From Bryobacterales bacterium (GTDB lineage: Bacteria; Acidobacteriota; Terriglobia; Bryobacterales; UBA6623): DNA of 64,000 nt. Positions 10,855 through 19,906 of the stretch are shown here, in pieces (the stretch's first letter is position 1; every line of letters starts with the position of its first letter). The position numbers and the translations under genes were made by a program. The DNA is taken from NCBI GenBank assembly GCA_963422375.2, contig OY729428.2, positions 2,560,001-2,624,000 on the forward strand, written 5' to 3'. The notes under the pieces are model-generated. The model had not been told where the DNA came from. It did not search any database and was given only the letters and a program-made list of their open reading frames with translations.

Positions 10855-12465
10855 CTACTTGCCGCTTGCGCCAAACGCAGTGGTGCGGCCGGCGGGGCCA
10901 GCTCCTCTCACCGTCGAGAGAGGCTGGCGGAATCCGCCCGACCGCGCCAGAGTCGTGCCCTGCATCCTAGGGGAAGTCCGCACGGTCTGGCTTCGGGTGC
11001 CCCATTTCGGGGCTGAAGTCGTGCCTCCGTAGTAAGGCCTGCTGCCGCGATACCCGCCGGACCAGTCGGCCCACTCGCTGCGGCCGTATCGAACGGGCGA
11101 CCCGAAGAGCGTGGAATAGAACAGATAAGGCCCGGCCCAGGCCCAGATCGAGCCTCCCGCCCCGTCGGACCTCCATCGCCCGTAGTGCGGGTTGCCGACG
11201 TACGCCATTCCCGGCGGAGCCGCGTGCGCGAGCTTCTCCGATTCGAACGAGCCGTACGGTTTCGACTCCACGTCCATCCCGAGGTTGTCGATGTTCGCCA
11301 GGAAGAACTCCTCGCCGACCGGCGTCCAGTCGGACTCGTTCGTGGCGCCGTTTTCCTGCACCAGATACTTGTGGAAATAGCGCGAGTCGGCTTCCTGCAC
11401 CCAATACTCCGCATCGGTGTCCCCGCTGGGCCACCGCTGCAGAGGGTCGATCTCGAGCGCAGACCACATCCGTTCGTCAGTTCCGGACCGCATGGACAGC
11501 CGGGACCCAAAGAACGACCTCCTGTAGGCTGCCAGCACGCCTTGGATGCTAACGAGATGCTCGAATACCGGTCGCTCCACGTTGGTGAAGCGATAGTCCA
11601 GCCGGTTCGGCGTCGGATAGTCCAAGGCGTCATTCCAGCTCGCGCGCTGGATCAACAGGTCATGCTCGACCTTCATGTCCATGAGCGTCCGGGAGTAGCT
11701 GCGATCGAGCTCGGCTAGCCGGGCCCCGAGTTCCGGGACTCCCTTCAAGAACGCTTCAGCGTTCTGGCGCGCTTCCCGGCAGGAGTCCGCGAACACCGCC
11801 AGATCGAACTCGCCTCCGGCCTCGCGCTTGCGGAACTCGGCTCGCGCGGCTGCCACGGCGTCCACCGAAGGAGAGCGGAGGTCACTCAGCTGCGCGGCCC
11901 GCTGGCCGATGTCGTCGGCCCGGGCCGGGTGGGCGCGCTTCACGCGCTCGACGGAGAAGGCCATCCCGGCATGGGCTTCCTCAATCTCGGATGCCGCGGC
12001 CCCGCAGTCCTCCATCACGCTAGCGACGCTGTCGGAGACGCCCTTCAGGAAGTCCCGCCGTTCGACCCAATGGCGCGAGGACCGGCGCGCACCGTCGAGC
12101 AACGGAGGAATCTTCGCGAGAGCGGCTGTGGCGGCGCCCGTCCCATCCGGCGAATCCTGCTTGATCAGGGGCAGGATCTCCACCTTGTAAACGCTCTCCG
12201 CCGACCGGAGCTTTGCCTCGGCGGCGCGGAAGTGCGACGGCCACGCCTCGCGCTCGGCGTAGGCCTCGAAGGCGCCGTACTCAGGCGTCTGGCGAAAGCT
12301 CTCGAAATCCCGCTCGGAAGACGTGACGCGACGCGCTTCGCTCTCGATGAGGGCCTGCTGCCGACCGGCCTCGTCAACCACGGACTGCGGCAGCCCGGCG
12401 CACCCCGCGAGGACAACCGCGAGGGCGGCGGACGCCGCAACGCCCTTCACCATTGGGTACCGCAT
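10855..12465 (-). CDS. Large hypothetical lipoprotein with Gly/Ser/Arg/Tyr-rich tail
   Basis: Signal peptide with lipobox LAGC, helical middle region, C-terminal APPGMAYVGNPHYGRW..RPYYGG..RSGGF; GGAGG SD. Confidence 0.8.
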   Translation of the reverse strand: MRYPMVKGVAASAALAVVLAGCAGLPQSVVDEAGRQQALIESEARRVTSSERDFESFRQTPEYGAFEAYAEREAWPSHFRAAEAKLRSAESVYKVEILPLIKQDSPDGTGAATAALAKIPPLLDGARRSSRHWVERRDFLKGVSDSVASVMEDCGAAASEIEEAHAGMAFSVERVKRAHPARADDIGQRAAQLSDLRSPSVDAVAAARAEFRKREAGGEFDLAVFADSCREARQNAEAFLKGVPELGARLAELDRSYSRTLMDMKVEHDLLIQRASWNDALDYPTPNRLDYRFTNVERPVFEHLVSIQGVLAAYRRSFFGSRLSMRSGTDERMWSALEIDPLQRWPSGDTDAEYWVQEADSRYFHKYLVQENGATNESDWTPVGEEFFLANIDNLGMDVESKPYGSFESEKLAHAAPPGMAYVGNPHYGRWRSDGAGGSIWAWAGPYLFYSTLFGSPVRYGRSEWADWSGGYRGSRPYYGGTTSAPKWGTRSQTVRTSPRMQGTTLARSGGFRQPLSTVRGAGPAGRTTAFGASGK

Positions 12466-12486
12466 GCTCGAACCTCCTGCGACGAT

Positions 12487-13086
12487 TCAGACTCCGGCCA
12501 GCACACCGTGCTCCGCCCGGTCTCGAGCGGACGCGGCGACTCGCACGGTAGTTGCGCTGAACACGACCAGCCCTTCCGACGGATACGAATGCGCGGTTCG
12601 CGCGATCACGCCGCGCGGCTCGGCTGCAGCCCACACCAAGGTCTCGGGCGCGCCCGCGACTCGGACGGACGCGGGAAAGCGGTAGGTCAGGCCCAGCTGC
12701 GCCCGGAAGCGCTCCGCGCGCTTGGTAAGGCCTCGGAGCTGGGCCAGTTCGACGGCGGAACGCTCCAGGTCCAGCACTCGAGCCTCGAAGCGGTACCGAA
12801 TTCCCTTGCCAGCGATGTAATCGAGAGCGGAATCGCCCGGCTGCCACAGGGCCAGAAGCCGACCCGCCGGAGGCGCCTCGCACGCAAGCAGCTCGGTCAG
12901 CGAGAGCGCCCCCGCTCGAATCTGCATCATGTGGCTCGAGCCGATCACGGAGGCCCAGATCTCAAGGTCGCCCCGCACGGCCCTCCCGTTGGACAGCACG
13001 GCCGCGTCCGGCCAATCCGGAAAGCCGCCGTAGAGTCGCAGGCGCAACTCGTGAGCGGACCGGTCCTTGTAGTGGATCGCCGTCAC
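12487..13086 (-). CDS. DUF2617-like hypothetical protein
   Basis: VIGSSH and RTAHSYPSEGLVVFSAT resemble DUF2617; GTGA overlap with the upstream gene. Confidence 0.65.
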   Translation of the reverse strand: MTAIHYKDRSAHELRLRLYGGFPDWPDAAVLSNGRAVRGDLEIWASVIGSSHMMQIRAGALSLTELLACEAPPAGRLLALWQPGDSALDYIAGKGIRYRFEARVLDLERSAVELAQLRGLTKRAERFRAQLGLTYRFPASVRVAGAPETLVWAAAEPRGVIARTAHSYPSEGLVVFSATTVRVAASARDRAEHGVLAGV

Positions 13087-13694
13087 CTGTCCCCTCCCGC
13101 GACAACCACTTCGACAGCCTTCGGGTCGAGGTAGGCACTCAGAATGACGTTGTGCTCGTAGCCCTCGTTGTCATCCCCCCACTCCTCGACACCGATATAC
13201 TGCCGCAGATCCGCGTTCTTGAACAGGTACTGGTGGAACGGCGTGCCGGAACCCTTGCCGTCTCGATAGAACGTCACCGCCGAGTCCTCGAAATAGCCGT
13301 AGGAGACGCCCCGGTAGCGAACCTCTCCCTCTTCCGCCTCCGACAGCTCCCACAGGCGCTCCTTGTTCTTCAGGCCCACCTGGCCGAAGCCGAGCTTCTC
13401 CCGCGAGACGTAGATCGAGATCTCGTCTTCCTTCTCCCATTCCAAGTACTGCGTGGACCCGTCGTTCAGGCGATAGAGCGCCAGCTCGGGCCAGCGAGCG
13501 CCTTGCCGCTCGTAGATGTTGACGCCGGTTATCTCGTAGGTCAGGCCCTCGAAGCGGAGATAGCCGCCAACGCCGACATCCTCGATCGACACCCGGAACC
13601 GCTCGCCCTCCGGGATGGGGGCGGGCATGCGCCGGATGGCGGCGAACTGCTCGCTAATGCGCGCACGCTCGGCAGGCTGCAGCAGGGCGGGCAT
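13083..13694 (-). CDS. DUF4178-like protein
   Basis: VGGYLRFEGLTYEITG, W..YLEWEKEDE, YRGVSYGYFED, YIGVEEWGD pattern; operon context. Confidence 0.7.
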   Translation of the reverse strand: MPALLQPAERARISEQFAAIRRMPAPIPEGERFRVSIEDVGVGGYLRFEGLTYEITGVNIYERQGARWPELALYRLNDGSTQYLEWEKEDEISIYVSREKLGFGQVGLKNKERLWELSEAEEGEVRYRGVSYGYFEDSAVTFYRDGKGSGTPFHQYLFKNADLRQYIGVEEWGDDNEGYEHNVILSAYLDPKAVEVVVAGGDR

Positions 13695-13719
13695 AGGAGT
13701 GGACGGCTAGGTTCGGGGC

Positions 13720-14901
13720 CTAGTCCGACGCCGGTGCCTCCAGTCCGCCCGGAATGTCTGCCGCGGGAAGCTCCCGAGCGGCGCGCAGCGCCTCGACCTT
13801 CGGCTCGAGGGCGGCCGACATCTGCGACAGCTCGGCGATGCCCGCGCGGGCTTTCTCGGTTCCCACCGCCCGGATCTTCTCCATCTCGTCCATCGCCCCG
13901 ACCAAGGAGTTGTAGGCGTTCTTCACGCGGTCGAGGGCGATGACGGGATTGTTCTGCATCTCCCCGATCTCCTTGGTCTGCCGCCCGATGGACGCGGCGT
14001 TGGCCTCGAGCATCGCGGCAGTGCTGTCCTGTACCTGCTTGACCGCGCTGGCTATCTGCTTCTGGTTCGCCAGAGCGGCTTGGATCGCGAGGCCCACCGT
14101 CAGGAGGCTCTGCGTCACCATGACCGTGCGATCGATTTGTTCGCAGAGCGCGTCGTTGTTCTGCAGCGTCATGTCGATCGAGGCGAAGAACTGCAGGTTG
14201 ACCTGCTCCATCGTGCGCAGATCCTGCACGCGCATCCCCACCTTGTGCTCCATCGAATTGAGCTTCTGCCGCTGAGCGGGCTCGGTCGCGGTCAGGGACT
14301 CCTCCTCGATGCGCTGCATGAGCAGCTCGCCGACGTAAGCGCTCTGCTGGACGCCGTTCTGCGCCGCGCTGACCTGGTCGTACAGCTGCTCCAGCTCGGC
14401 GTTGTCCTGGATCAGCCTGTCCTTGCCGTGTCGCAGCCCCGCCATGATCCCGTCGATCTGCGTCTGGACTGATTCGTACTTGACGGCTATTCGCTTGAGC
14501 ACCTTGCCGATGCCCGGCGTCCGGCCCAGCAGCTTGGCTATGCCGCTCGGCTGGCCCAGCACCTGCGGGTTGATCTCGTCCATCGTATGCCGCAGCTGCA
14601 CGAGCGTCCGGGGGATTTCGGCCCCCTCGCCGTCGAGCTGCGAAAGCATGGTGCCGACCCTAGTCTTGAGAAGGCCGATCTCCTTGGAAGCCCTCTGCTG
14701 CTCGCGCACGCCCATCGCGCCGACCTGGCGGCCCAGCTTGCGGTCCCCCGGGTCAGCGATGACGGCCAGCGCGAGCTGGTCGGCCTTCTCGGCCAGCTGC
14801 GCCTGCCCTTGGGCGTCGAGACCGGCGGGAGGCTTGGCGTCGAGCGGCGAGGTGGCGGGGACGCTCGCGGAGTCGGACTGGGTGGGTTCAGCGGTTGCCA
14901 T
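13720..14901 (-). CDS. telA: Toxic anion resistance protein (TelA/YaaN family)
   Basis: Coiled-coil protein with KYESVQTQIDGI, RLIQDNAELEQLY, NNDALCEQIDR, ALANQKQ, typical of TelA. Confidence 0.85.
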   Translation of the reverse strand: MATAEPTQSDSASVPATSPLDAKPPAGLDAQGQAQLAEKADQLALAVIADPGDRKLGRQVGAMGVREQQRASKEIGLLKTRVGTMLSQLDGEGAEIPRTLVQLRHTMDEINPQVLGQPSGIAKLLGRTPGIGKVLKRIAVKYESVQTQIDGIMAGLRHGKDRLIQDNAELEQLYDQVSAAQNGVQQSAYVGELLMQRIEEESLTATEPAQRQKLNSMEHKVGMRVQDLRTMEQVNLQFFASIDMTLQNNDALCEQIDRTVMVTQSLLTVGLAIQAALANQKQIASAVKQVQDSTAAMLEANAASIGRQTKEIGEMQNNPVIALDRVKNAYNSLVGAMDEMEKIRAVGTEKARAGIAELSQMSAALEPKVEALRAARELPAADIPGGLEAPASD

Positions 14902-14910
14902 GCTTACTTG

Positions 14911-15489
14911 TTACAAACTCTGGACGAAGCGGGCGCGGAGAAAGGCCGCCTTGGCCTTGAAGTCGCCCATCTTGTCGCTCCGCACCAACTCCGCGACGTT
15001 GTCAACCTCGGCCTCGAGACCGTCCAAGCTGCGCAGGATCTCCGCGCGTGACCGTTCGCGGTCTTCGGACGAGAGGGCGAGATAGGGGTCCGTCACCTTG
15101 CGCAGGTACTCCTTGGCCATCTGGTTCACTGTCCAAGTCAGGTCGTGACCCGGGTGGCGCTCGTTGATCTCCTCGAGCAGGCCGCGGAGCGTGTCGATGA
15201 TTTGCTCCAGCCGCGCGACGACTTCCCCGGCCAGCGCCTGCTCCCGGATGCGGATATTGAGATCCACCAGACCCGCCAGCATGCGGAGCAACTCGGAGCG
15301 AGGATCCGGCTTAGACGATGCGGGCTGCGCCCTCCGCTCGCGGTAGCGCAGCACGAGGAGCGTGACCAGCGCGGCGACCGCCGCGCTCACGATGGCCACG
15401 ACGATCAGCTGCAGCAGGGCGTAGACCACGCCCAGCGCAACTAGGCCCGCAGCGATCAGCCAGATCCAGCGCTTCGCCGCTCGCGTCAT
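14911..15489 (-). CDS. Membrane-anchored hypothetical protein, XpaC-like partner of TelA
   Basis: Two N-terminal hydrophobic segments, then a helical domain (YLRKVTDPYL..AAFLRARF); lies directly upstream of telA as xpaC does upstream of yaaN. Confidence 0.6.
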   Translation of the reverse strand: MTRAAKRWIWLIAAGLVALGVVYALLQLIVVAIVSAAVAALVTLLVLRYRERRAQPASSKPDPRSELLRMLAGLVDLNIRIREQALAGEVVARLEQIIDTLRGLLEEINERHPGHDLTWTVNQMAKEYLRKVTDPYLALSSEDRERSRAEILRSLDGLEAEVDNVAELVRSDKMGDFKAKAAFLRARFVQSL

Positions 15490-15589
15490 ATGCGTCGTTC
15501 CGAGCGGGCCCCTGCCCGAATCCAGTATAAGCACAGCGGGCGGGCGCCCTCGCGGTCTCTTGGATCTAGACTGGGGGGCGGCCCCGCAC

Positions 15590-16867
15590 TTGGCAGAGAG
15601 CAACTCATCGCGGAGGGTGGTCTGCCATCTCGACATGGACGCCTTCTTCGTGTCCGTCGAGGAGCTCTCGGATCCGAGCCTGAAGGGCAGGCCGGTGGTG
15701 GTCGGGGGCCAGCCCGGGGAGCGGGGCGTGGTAGCCGCGGCCTCGTACGCTGCGCGCAGGCACGGCGTCCACTCGGCCATGCCTCTGCGCGAAGCGTACC
15801 GACTGTGCCCTCAGGCGGTGTTCCTCGAAGGCCGTCCCCACGAATACCGGAGGTACTCGCTCATGGTGCGGGCGACGCTGGCGGAATTCTCGCCCTCCGT
15901 CGAGGCGGCCTCAATCGACGAGGCGTACCTCGATCTGACCGGAACGGAGAAGCTGCTGGGCCCTCCGCTTGCGGCCGCGCATGGCCTGCACGAGGCAGTC
16001 CGAGCGAGGACTTCCCTGCCCTGCTCGATCGGAATCGGCACCTCCCGGCTCGTCGCGAAGATCTGCTCCGGCCTCGCCAAGCCGAACGGGGTGCTCTACT
16101 TAGTGCCCGGGGCGGAGTCGGCCTTCCTGGCGCCGCTGCCGATCCGAAAGGTCCCCGGCGTCGGGCGAGTGACGCACGAGAAGCTCAAGGGGCTGGGCAT
16201 CGAGACGATCGGGGACGTCGCTAGGTACGAGGACGAGATTCTCGAGCGCCATCTAGGCAAGCAAGGACCCGAGCTGGCGAGAAAGGCCCGGGGGATCGAC
16301 GCGGGTGCTTGGTTCAGTCCGGCCCTAGCGCCGGACGCCTCGCCCAAGTCCATCAGCCACGAGACCACGTTCGCGACGGACAAGTCGGACCCGGCCCTGA
16401 TCGACGCGACCCTAGCGAAGCTGTCGCAGCTGGTCGGGCGCCGCCTCCGCGAGCACGGTCTGTGGGCGGGCACTGTCCAGATCAAAATCCGGTTCGCGGA
16501 CTTCACCACGCACACCCGTTCAAGGACCTTGGAGGAAGCGACGCAGCTGGACACGGTGATCCTCGAAACGGCCCGTTCGCTCGCGCGGCGCGAGCGACAG
16601 CGCGGGAGGACAGTGCGCCTGCTCGGTGTCCACGCCGGCTCGCTGCGCGCCCGCCCGCCAAGGCAGGAATCCCTGTTCGAAGACCGCCGACCCAGAATGG
16701 GCTTGGCGCTGCAAGCGGTCGATACCCTGCGGGATCGCTTCGGCGAGGCGTCAATCGGCCTAGCGTCGGCGCTGCGCCACGGCCGCAGGGAGCGGGTCCA
16801 CGAGAACCCGGCAGGGCTGGCCGGCCCCAGTGGCCGGCGGAATGCGCAAGGCCCGGACCGGACCTAG
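15590..16867 (+). CDS. dinB: DNA polymerase IV (Y family)
   Basis: HLDMDAFFVSVE, GVVAAASYAARRHGVHSAMP, SIDEAYLD, AKPNG, KSISHETTF. Confidence 0.95.
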   Translation: MAESNSSRRVVCHLDMDAFFVSVEELSDPSLKGRPVVVGGQPGERGVVAAASYAARRHGVHSAMPLREAYRLCPQAVFLEGRPHEYRRYSLMVRATLAEFSPSVEAASIDEAYLDLTGTEKLLGPPLAAAHGLHEAVRARTSLPCSIGIGTSRLVAKICSGLAKPNGVLYLVPGAESAFLAPLPIRKVPGVGRVTHEKLKGLGIETIGDVARYEDEILERHLGKQGPELARKARGIDAGAWFSPALAPDASPKSISHETTFATDKSDPALIDATLAKLSQLVGRRLREHGLWAGTVQIKIRFADFTTHTRSRTLEEATQLDTVILETARSLARRERQRGRTVRLLGVHAGSLRARPPRQESLFEDRRPRMGLALQAVDTLRDRFGEASIGLASALRHGRRERVHENPAGLAGPSGRRNAQGPDRT

Positions 16868-16878
16868 TTGCGGGACCC

Positions 16879-17361
16879 TCAACCGGGGCGGAAGGGCAGC
16901 ACGGCCTCGTTCGGCCGGAACGGAGGCGCCACCTTCAGCTTGCGGGCGATCTGCTCGACGTCCGCCTTCGACCAGCTGACCATCGTGTGAGCGATGCTCC
17001 CGCCGGGCTCGACTAGGAACACCGTGGGCACGTTGGTGAGGCCGTACGCGTTCGAGACCGAGAATCCCGACTCCTGGAGGTCGAAGACCTGGCGCGTCTC
17101 GTACGCGAACTCCGCCTTGAACCTCGCGCCGTCCGACGGCGTGTCTTGGCAGACAGCAACCGCCGAGGCGGCCGCGCCGCGGAGCGAACGAGCGAGTCGG
17201 TCCAGGAACGGCAGCCCGTACTGGCAGGTCGGGCAGCCGGACTTGAAGAACGTCACCAGCACGGGCCCGGAGCGAAGTTCCTCGTAGAGACGGAACTCCG
17301 TGCCTCCGGCGTCGCCAAGGGTGAAGTCGGGCGCGCGCGAGTTCGGCGGCAAGGCAGCCAT
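16879..17361 (-). CDS. Thioredoxin-fold redoxin (TlpA/AhpC-like)
   Basis: APDFTL, FFKSGCPTCQ CxxC motif, AYGLTNVPTVFLV. Confidence 0.85.
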   Translation of the reverse strand: MAALPPNSRAPDFTLGDAGGTEFRLYEELRSGPVLVTFFKSGCPTCQYGLPFLDRLARSLRGAAASAVAVCQDTPSDGARFKAEFAYETRQVFDLQESGFSVSNAYGLTNVPTVFLVEPGGSIAHTMVSWSKADVEQIARKLKVAPPFRPNEAVLPFRPG

Positions 17362-17442
17362 GCCTTCAGTATGCAGCGTCAACGCGGTTCGCCCGGCTTC
17401 CGGGGCCGGCCCGGATCCGGCACCGGTACAATGGTCGCCGGG

Positions 17443-17745
17443 ATGAGGAAGCCGGTTTTGGCGGCGGTGCTGTTCGTCGCCGCCGTCCTAGTCGCGGTCG
17501 TGTACTTCTCGATGGGACTGCGGCAGTTCACCTGCGAGGTCTGCATGGACTTCCAAGGGCGCAGGAATTGCGCCACAGCCTCCGGTACCACCGAGGAGGA
17601 GGCTGTCCGCACCGCGACCGACACCGCCTGCGCGACCATCTCGGCGGGCATGACCGAGAGCATTCAGTGCAGCCGCACGCCGCCGCTCAGCGTGACTTGG
17701 AAGAGTGAGCTAGCGGCTCCGGGCCCGGTGCCAGGCGAACGATAG
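17443..17745 (+). CDS. Small exported Cys-containing hypothetical protein
   Basis: Basic plus hydrophobic N-terminus, CEVC..NC..AC..QC pattern, GC-rich third codon positions. Confidence 0.65.
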   Translation: MRKPVLAAVLFVAAVLVAVVYFSMGLRQFTCEVCMDFQGRRNCATASGTTEEEAVRTATDTACATISAGMTESIQCSRTPPLSVTWKSELAAPGPVPGER

Positions 17746-18339
17746 CAGCAGGACGGTGCCGACCGCCCCGAGAACCAGCGCCGTCACTCGCCAGTCGACG
17801 GGCTGGGCCGCGAGCGGACTTTCGGGAGCCGCCAGGGCGGGCACGACCAGCAACGCGCTGAGATGCGTCACGGCGGCGAAGCGGAGCGAGCCCGCCGCGT
17901 CCCGGCCCAGCAGGCCGGTTGCCGCGACCAGTCCGCTGGCACCCGCAAAGGCGCAGCCCAGAGCCAGTCCCGTCGCCAGGCCGGACGAGTCGTCGATCCG
18001 GGCCAGGGCGAGCCTGCCCGCGCCTACCATCGCGGCGCACAGCACGGGTCCGGGAAGGACGGAGAGCCAGTCCGGCGGCTTGCCAAGTCGGCTGCGTCGT
18101 GCGGACCCGTACGACAGGGCCGCGTGGACCGCTATCGCCGGAAGCCAGAACCGAACATCCAGGACGACCGCGAGCGCCCCGTCAGCTGACAGCGACTCGG
18201 CGGCAAGCCCGCACATCGCGCCGGCCAGCAGAAGCATAGGACCGTATGCGAAGGCGAGGCGCGGCCGGACACGCAGAAGCCGCGCGTCCCGGATGCAGAA
18301 CAGCACGGCGACCGCTCCGAACACGAGGCTGCGATCCAT
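17710..18339 (-). CDS. Hypothetical integral membrane protein
   Basis: About 7 hydrophobic segments; no recognised motif. Confidence 0.6.
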   Translation of the reverse strand: MDRSLVFGAVAVLFCIRDARLLRVRPRLAFAYGPMLLLAGAMCGLAAESLSADGALAVVLDVRFWLPAIAVHAALSYGSARRSRLGKPPDWLSVLPGPVLCAAMVGAGRLALARIDDSSGLATGLALGCAFAGASGLVAATGLLGRDAAGSLRFAAVTHLSALLVVPALAAPESPLAAQPVDWRVTALVLGAVGTVLLLSFAWHRARSR

Positions 18340-18397
18340 GAGCCGGGTCCAGACTACCAGCGACGCTACGCCGGGCGGGGACCGGCGGCGGGCCGAC

Positions 18398-18835
18398 TCA
18401 CTGCGACGAAGACTCCTCGGCCGCGCCGTCCAGAAACGACGTCAGCGTCTCGACGAGTTCGGCCGTGTCCCTCTTCTTGATCTGGCATTCCCAGATCGTC
18501 AGCACGCTCCAGCCGAGCGCCTCAAGCTCGGCCCTGTTCTCGGCGTCGCGCTCCTTGTTCCGCCGCAACTTCGGCAGCCAGTACTCCTGGCGCGAAGACG
18601 GGGGGCGACCGTAGCGGCAGTCGTGCGCATGCCAGAAGCAGCCGTGCACGAACACCACCTTCTTGCGCCCCGCGAAAACGAGGTCAGGGCGGCCAGGCAG
18701 GCCCTTCTTGTGGAGGCGATAACGGTAGCCGAGGCTATGGGCAAGCCGGCGCACGGCCATCTCGGGACCGGTGTCCTTGCTCTTGACCGCCTGCATGGCC
18801 CGCCGCCGCTGTTCTACGGTCAGCCAGTCGGCCAT
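18398..18835 (-). CDS. vsr: Very short patch repair endonuclease
   Basis: MQAVKSKDTGPEM, GYRYRLH, LPGRPDLVF, FVHGCFWH, LGWSVLTIWECQ. Confidence 0.95.
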   Translation of the reverse strand: MADWLTVEQRRRAMQAVKSKDTGPEMAVRRLAHSLGYRYRLHKKGLPGRPDLVFAGRKKVVFVHGCFWHAHDCRYGRPPSSRQEYWLPKLRRNKERDAENRAELEALGWSVLTIWECQIKKRDTAELVETLTSFLDGAAEESSSQ

Positions 18836-19026
18836 AGCAGGTCCAATGTAGCCGACTCGGCGCCGAGCGGCTTGCGGACGGAGCTAGCGATCCGGCCGGA
18901 GATTCAGGTTATACATTAATTTCAATGCTATATCTCAACGAATACAATTGCCAGCAAGTCCGTATCCTTGATTCGCCGTCCGGACTGCGGACAGGACGGT
19001 CGCCGGCTCGGTAGAATGTATGATTC

Positions 19027-19881
19027 ATGGGAGTCCGGATCGGGATCATCGGCGGGAGCGGCTTGTACCGCATGGACGCGCTCGAGGAGAGGCGCGAGGT
19101 ACGCGTGGACACTCCCTGGGGGGAGCCGTCCGATGCATTCGTCGTGGGGCGGGTCGCGGGCCGCGAGGCGGTCTTTCTCGCGCGCCACGGCCGGGGTCAC
19201 CACGTCATGCCCTCGAACATCAACTTCAGAGCCAACATCTACGGCCTGAAGGCGCTGGGCGCGGAGTACGTCCTCTCGTACAGCGCCGTCGGCTCCCTGC
19301 GGGAAGAGCTCGAGCCGATTCACTTCGTGCTCCCGGACCAGTTCTTCGACCGCACTCGCGGCCGGGCGTCGACCTTCTTCGACGACGGGCTCGTCGCGCA
19401 CATCACCTTCTCGCATCCGGTATGCACCACGCTCGCCGACGCTGCGGAGGCAGCCTGCCGGGCCGCGGGCGTCACGGTGCATCGCGGGGGAACCTACTGT
19501 TGCATGGAAGGGCCCGCGTTCTCGACACTCGCGGAGTCGAATCTCTACCGCTCGTGGGGGATGGACGTGATCGGGATGACGAACCTGCAGGAAGCCAAGC
19601 TCGCCCGCGAGGCGGAAATGTCCTACTGCACGGTCGCGATGGTGACCGACTACGACTGCTGGCATCCCGAGCACGATTCCGTGACAGTGGACAAAGTGAT
19701 GCAGTATCTCGCCAAGAACTCGGAGAACGCCCAGAGGGTGGCGGTCGAAGCGGTCAAGCGCATTCCCGAGACGCCCAGCCCGTACGCATCTTCCTTGAAG
19801 AACGCGATCATCTCGGACCGCGCCGCGATTCCGCAGCGCGTGCGCGAGAAGTACGCGTTGCTGGCGGGCAAGTACCTCTAG
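19027..19881 (+). CDS. mtnP: S-methyl-5'-thioadenosine phosphorylase
   Basis: IGIIGGSG, FLARHGRGH, INFRANI, MEGPAFSTLAES, IGMTNLQEAKLARE, VTDYDCW. Confidence 0.95.
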   Translation: MGVRIGIIGGSGLYRMDALEERREVRVDTPWGEPSDAFVVGRVAGREAVFLARHGRGHHVMPSNINFRANIYGLKALGAEYVLSYSAVGSLREELEPIHFVLPDQFFDRTRGRASTFFDDGLVAHITFSHPVCTTLADAAEAACRAAGVTVHRGGTYCCMEGPAFSTLAESNLYRSWGMDVIGMTNLQEAKLAREAEMSYCTVAMVTDYDCWHPEHDSVTVDKVMQYLAKNSENAQRVAVEAVKRIPETPSPYASSLKNAIISDRAAIPQRVREKYALLAGKYL

Positions 19882-19906
19882 GCTAGTGCCTCGCGGAAAG
19901 ACCGGG

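Noticed and set aside
15490..15590. LexA box upstream of dinB
   Set aside because: No CTGT-N8-ACAG, GAAC-N4-GTTC or GTTC-N7-GTTC match seen.
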